Shown here one piece after another: positions 60,401-64,000 of a stretch of 64,000 bases of DNA. Every line of letters begins with the position of its first letter. The stretch's first letter is position 1. Below the pieces are notes generated by a model. The model ran no database searches. It worked only from the letters and a program-made list of their open reading frames with translations, and was not told the DNA's origin. Made by a program: the position numbers and the translations under genes. The stretch spans positions 46,252,001 to 46,316,000 of the forward strand of contig NC_059433.1 in assembly GCF_021028975.2 (NCBI RefSeq). Direction: 5' to 3'. The DNA comes from Sphaerodactylus townsendi (Eukaryota).

Positions 60401-62161
60401 GACAATGTTAATCTTGAAAACACTGAACTCTTTTATAATTATCAAAAACACAATAATACTTCCAGAATCATTCACATCTAAGCAATAAATATATCCTTGA
60501 AAATATTCTGGCAACTGTATATGTAGGAATTATCAATATACCTAATTCTCCGTGTGGCTCCATCTGTGGATACAGATCCAGAAACTAGCACCATGGATAC
60601 ACAAAGATCTTTCTACGAACTTGTGAAAAGCCCCAGGTTTGCAGAAAAAGATATATTTTTTAAAATTTGTGCAGTTAAAATCCTCCAATATGATAGAAGC
60701 AGTGCCTGTAGCTTTAAGAAAGTAATGCCATTTGTGGCCCTTTCAGATAACCATGAGAATACGGCAAGCCTTCAGGCCTTGGCTTCTGTTAGTAAACGGT
60801 AGGGGTTAGGGCCCTTTCTAGGGCTGTTTGGCCTTTGACAGAGGACTCACCAGGGCCAGGCCTGGCTGCTTCCTACTGTTCAACAGCAGCCACCTCACAA
60901 TAGCCAGCGTGAAATTTTAATTAGAATTTCACATTAGAACTGGGAAACACAAATTTAAATCCCCATTCTGGTGTGGAAGCTTACTAGGTGACCATAAGCT
61001 AGTCAGCCTACCTTACCTCACAGTCAGCCTATCTTACCTCACAGGGTTGTTGTGAAGATAAAATGGAAGAGAATGATGTAAGCTGCTTTGGGTTCCCATT
61101 ATCAAGAATGAAGTAAATAAATAATAAATATAGCTGAAGAAAGGAAGCCAATAAAAGGTAGCAAGGAGAGAAGGGAGCGGGGAAAGTTGAGGATTTGGGT
61201 ACTGTTAATAGGCAAGGAAAGAGAAAAATATGTGTGGGAAGATATGCAGGGGGAAATGTGGTGCCTTACTCTAGTTCTTGCAGGGCTGGTACCACATAAC
61301 GCTCAGCTAGCACCTCACAACTGAGCCTGACCCAATAACTGGCACTGCATGATTATTCTACAGTTTTCCCTGATAGAGACTGCTGTGGGAGGAAAGGAGA
61401 GACAGCCAAAGATAGTGGGCAGATAAAGGTACGTTGGCTAGAGGATGGAAAGGAGAGCAAGATGCTGGGAAAAGGATGAGGCTATGGGGACTTTCAGGAA
61501 AGAGAAAATTAATGTGCGAGGGCAAATGAGGTGCTCCCCACAAGTTCTTGCATATCCGCCAGGTGTCAGTCTCTAATGCTGTAGATTGCTTTGCATGGGG
61601 AGTAGGTAAAACCTTGTCTTGAATGGCATTACAGAAATTTCAAAATAGATATTACTTCAAGATTTTACAGTGCTTCTGAAAATTTTCCAGTTTTCTTCAT
61701 TTGGAAAAAAAATTGAAAATATTTTTGCCCAAATGTTGTTTTTCTTCTCCTCAGGTCTTCACATCTCTAGATAAGTCTAAGATTGTTTGCAGGGCATAGA
61801 AGATAGTTGTATCTTTTTAAGTACTTAGAAGGATGTAACTATGTACTGTGAAGGATTTAGACTGCACAGGATTGCGATAGTAGACCGGGTTTGTAACTGA
61901 TACTACTGTAGCAGACAAAAGCTTCCTTTTCTCAGTAGACCTGTCTTTAGAAGAGCTGATAAATGACAAACTTCAAAATTTCAGACTTCAACATAACAGT
62001 CTGAATAGTTATATGTTACTGTTACAAAGCATTTCTGATATATAAACTGGAAATTTAAACCAAGTTCTTCATTTTGCATATAGGAAGCACCTCACAAGTT
62101 CATGATAGCTGTCTTAATGGAATATATTCGCTCACTCAACCAATTCCAGATAACTGTTCAG
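45186..62161 (+). CDS. RMC1: RMC1 / C18orf8, regulator of MON1-CCZ1; coding exons 1-16, continues beyond right edge
   Basis: join(45186-45290,46483-46559,47328-47412,49112-49168,50666-50752,51862-52002,52531-52634,54067-54156,54341-54446,56123-56234,57370-57414,57921-57974,58470-58598,59068-59174,59684-59803,62084-62161); open frame, matches recalled human RMC1 (DYYL.LC.RPVQFEKA.PVNCVFFDEANKQVFAVRSGGATGVVVKG...). Confidence 0.97.
46006..46143. mobile_element. PIF/Harbinger-like palindromic MITE
   Basis: GCGGATTCCGCATG...CATGCAGAATCCGC termini, TTA on both sides. Confidence 0.75.
46483..46559 (+). CDS. RMC1: RMC1 exon 2
   Basis: VFAVRSGGATGVVVKGLEDRNPISF. Confidence 0.95.
47328..47412 (+). 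CDS. RMC1: RMC1 exon 3
   Basis: MEDKGEVKCIKFSLGNKILAVQRTQKSV. Confidence 0.95.
47953..48250 (-). mobile_element. tRNA-derived SINE (MIR/core-like)
   Basis: CACAACAGGCACCTTGTGAGGTAG core, tRNA-like head at right end; relatives at ~385-540, ~34820-35030, ~60900-61130, ~63765-63990. Confidence 0.65.
49112..49168 (+). CDS. RMC1: RMC1 exon 4
   Basis: DFLNFISDSPQLEYTQECK. Confidence 0.94.
49677..50347. mobile_element. non-autonomous Tc1/mariner-superfamily (Tc2/pogo-like) element with internal palindrome
   Basis: TA|CCGTATA..GTATAAGCC ... GGCTTATAC..TATATGG|TA; internal arms ~49820-49945 / ~49955-50078. Confidence 0.75.
50666..50752 (+). CDS. RMC1: RMC1 exon 5
   Basis: TKNANILGFCWTSSAEIVFITDQGIEFYQ. 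Confidence 0.95.
51664..51799. mobile_element. hAT MITE (136 bp)
   Basis: TIR CAGTGGTGGGATTCA / TGAATCCCACCACTG; perfect TSD GTTATATT. Confidence 0.9.
51862..52002 (+). CDS. RMC1: RMC1 exon 6
   Basis: VLPEKRTLKLVKSQNINVNWYMYCPESSVILLSTTVLGNVLQPFYFR. Confidence 0.95.
52531..52634 (+). CDS. RMC1: RMC1 exon 7
   Basis: GGAMSKLSKFEIELPAAPKASKLSLSERDIAMAT. Confidence 0.95.
54067..54156 (+). CDS. RMC1: RMC1 exon 8 (GC donor)
   Basis: YGQLYVLYLRHHSRTSNSTGAEVVLYHLP(R)|gcaagt. Confidence 0.92.
54341..54446 (+). CDS. RMC1: RMC1 exon 9
   Basis: EGSCKKLHILKLYRTGKFALNVVDNLVVVHHQDTE. Confidence 0.95.
56123..56234 (+). CDS. RMC1: RMC1 exon 10
   Basis: TSLIFDIKLKGEFDGTVTLHQLVLPARSIQPYQIPVA. Confidence 0.95.
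57370..57414 (+). CDS. RMC1: RMC1 exon 11 (followed by U12-type donor)
   Basis: PAAVTSQFPVPCKL|gtatcctt. Confidence 0.93.
57415..57920 (+). other. U12-type (minor spliceosome) GT-AG intron 11 of RMC1
   Basis: donor GTATCCTT; TTGTTTAAC branch-like motif immediately before ctttag acceptor, no long polypyrimidine tract. Confidence 0.85.
57921..57974 (+). CDS. RMC1: RMC1 exon 12
   Basis: SSSWIVFQPDIIISASE|gtaagt. Confidence 0.94.
58470..58598 (+). CDS. RMC1: RMC1 exon 13
   Basis: YLWNLLVKLEPIVNLLPDKGKLMDFLLQRKDCKMVILSVCSQ. Confidence 0.95.
59068..59174 (+). CDS. RMC1: RMC1 exon 14
   Basis: LSEPDRGSLGVIATVFDKLNNEYKKYLEAEQSYNM. Confidence 0.95.
59684..59803 (+). CDS. RMC1: RMC1 exon 15
   Basis: ALEMGQSRSNPPPKRPVRTQAVIDQSDIYTHVLSVFTEKK. 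Confidence 0.95.
62084..62161 (+). CDS. RMC1: RMC1 exon 16
   Basis: EAPHKFMIAVLMEYIRSLNQFQITVQ. Confidence 0.95.
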
Positions 62162-62730
62162 GTAAAAATTTAATATCAGCTAACAAATACATTATTTGCT
62201 GTTTCCCACACTCAAATGCTATGGGCTCTCTGTCTTTAATTCCTACCTTTTAAATATCCATAAAATATTCAGATAAAGTTTCTCCATCATCTGTAAACAT
62301 CGATATAGAGAACCACTAAATTAAATTCTGCAGTGTGGTTTCAAAGCACATTGATTACCAACTACTAATTGTAGCCAAGCAGTGTTGTATAGGTTGTTTG
62401 AAAAACTATATTTGCTTTGGACCCAATTCAAAGTGCTGGTTCTTAACCTGTTTCATAGCCTAGGGTCTTCATACTTATCAAACTGCATCTCCTAGTGCAT
62501 TCGCCTAGATGTCTTCAGATAGCGTTTTCCATGTGGTGCCCTCTTTTAGAATTGTTCCTCTGACAGCTATGAGGTCATATGGTTTTTCTATAGTAGGACC
62601 ACTCCTTTGGAATAGCTTACCAAAATGGGTGTGGAGGGCATTTCACTTTCTGCATTTAAGGTGTATAAAGTTTAATACGTTGTTCGATGAAGAGTAGATT
62701 GTTTTGGCTGGCTAGTTAGTCTGGTTTTTG

Positions 62731-62954
62731 TATTGTCGAAGGCTTTCACGGCCGGAATCACTTGGGTGCTGTGTGGTTTCCGGGCTGTATGGCCGTGTTC
62801 TAGCAGCATTCTCTCCTGACGTTTCGCCTGCATCTGTGGCTGGCATCTTCAGAGGAATCCTCTGAAGATGCCAGCCACAGATGCAGGCGAAACGTCAGGA
62901 GAGAATGCTGCTAGAACACGGCCATACAGCCCGGAAACCACACAGCACCCAAGT
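62731..62954. mobile_element. Penelope-like element remnant, inverted pLTR pair
   Basis: perfect palindrome 62760-62856 / 62858-62954 plus ~30-nt one-sided extension; flanking duplication CTGGTTTTTG. Confidence 0.85.
62858..62900 (+). ncRNA. minimal type I hammerhead ribozyme motif (Penelope-associated); mirror copy on minus strand 62814-62856
   Basis: TCCT-CTGAAGA-T-GCC..GGC-GAAAC-GTC-AGGA: stem I, core, stem II, GUC site. Confidence 0.7.
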
Positions 62955-64000
62955 CTGGTTTTTGCTTGAGTGTTTAGTGTTATATTGGTTTATGCATTTG
63001 GAACTTGCTATTGCTTTATTATTATATTATGTTATATATATAAAATATATATCCAGTCTTTGTTAGCTACCTTTAGCCCAAGCAGATAGGCATAAAATTA
63101 TATGTATGTATAAATGTATCCAGGCTACTGACCCATGCACTCCAAAGGGTAGTGCTCTGCCCATGGAGTCCTTATAATTTTCCTCCTCCCCCTGGCCAAG
63201 TGGAGTCTGTGCTCACCCAGTGATAGCAGCAGGGTGTTGGATCAGGTCCAAAAACAAAAACAATGTAGGGCATAAGATTACTTTTAATATTGATAACCCA
63301 ATCCACAGAGCTCTGTGGCCAGGGACAGCGCTGCAGCTGCGCTGCCTCCAGAGGTCTTTCAGGGGGTACAGGGAGACAGCAAAAAATTAAAAAAACTCGG
63401 GCCACACAGAAAGCCTTCCCTAGGACTGAACAGAGTCCAAGATCCCTAGGTGGATGTGCCTGGGTGAAAGCTGACTAACACTGGTTCCGCCCAGAAATCC
63501 CCCTATCCTGCTCTAGTGCACTGATGGCCAGTTTTAGGCCAGCTCCTCAGGAGACAGGCATTTCTGGGTTGGGTGCAGCCAAAGTGGATGGCACCCGCCC
63601 ACCTCCCAGTTTGCCCTCCCCACCATGAAATCCTGCACCAGCTCCGTAAACTCACTCCACCCCCCCTTTGGATTGAGCTCTAAGTATTGTAACCAGATAG
63701 GTGTAAATCCAACAAATTTGGGGCAAATACATTAAATTTTTTGGAAACTTATTTTAAAAAAATGTTTAGTGTATGTAGCTGTTAAGAGTTGTGGACTCTA
63801 ATCTGGAAAACTGGATTCAATTCCCCACTCCTCCACATTTAGCCTGTTGGGTAGCCCTGTTAAAGTCACAGTTCTCTCAGAACTCTCTTAGCACACATGG
63901 AGGCAGGCAGTGGGAAACCACCTCTGAACATCTCTTGCCTTAAAAACCCTACAGGTCACCATAAGTCAGCTGTGACTTGATGGCACTTTCCACAGCCAGA

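Overview
Vertebrate genomic DNA, most likely a squamate reptile (gecko-like, inferred from the repeat content). It carries the TMEM241(SLC35D4)-RIOK3-RMC1(C18orf8) block in the same order and orientation as in human. TMEM241 is on the minus strand: 7 coding exons from 22071 down to 2204, continuing off the left edge. RIOK3 is complete on the plus strand: 13 coding exons, 29329-42027, 522 aa. RMC1 is on the plus strand: 16 coding exons, 45186-62161, continuing off the right edge, with one GC-AG intron and one U12-type intron. All exons were reconstructed by hand with consistent phases. Introns and intergenic DNA are dense in transposons, many with readable target-site duplications (TSDs): non-autonomous hAT elements including a nested 2.8-kb palindrome-of-palindromes, Penelope remnants with hammerhead-ribozyme cores (one a perfect 97-bp-arm palindrome), a CpG-rich solo LTR, a truncated RTE-X-like LINE, CR1/L2/Rex fragments, 5S- and tRNA-derived SINEs and MITEs. 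Most interesting leads: the hierarchical palindromic hAT family, the intact Penelope hammerhead palindrome, and a candidate 72-nt intron at the TMEM241 start whose retention would turn the strong start codon into a 6-codon uORF. Gene identities and repeat family names come from recalled sequences, not database searches.
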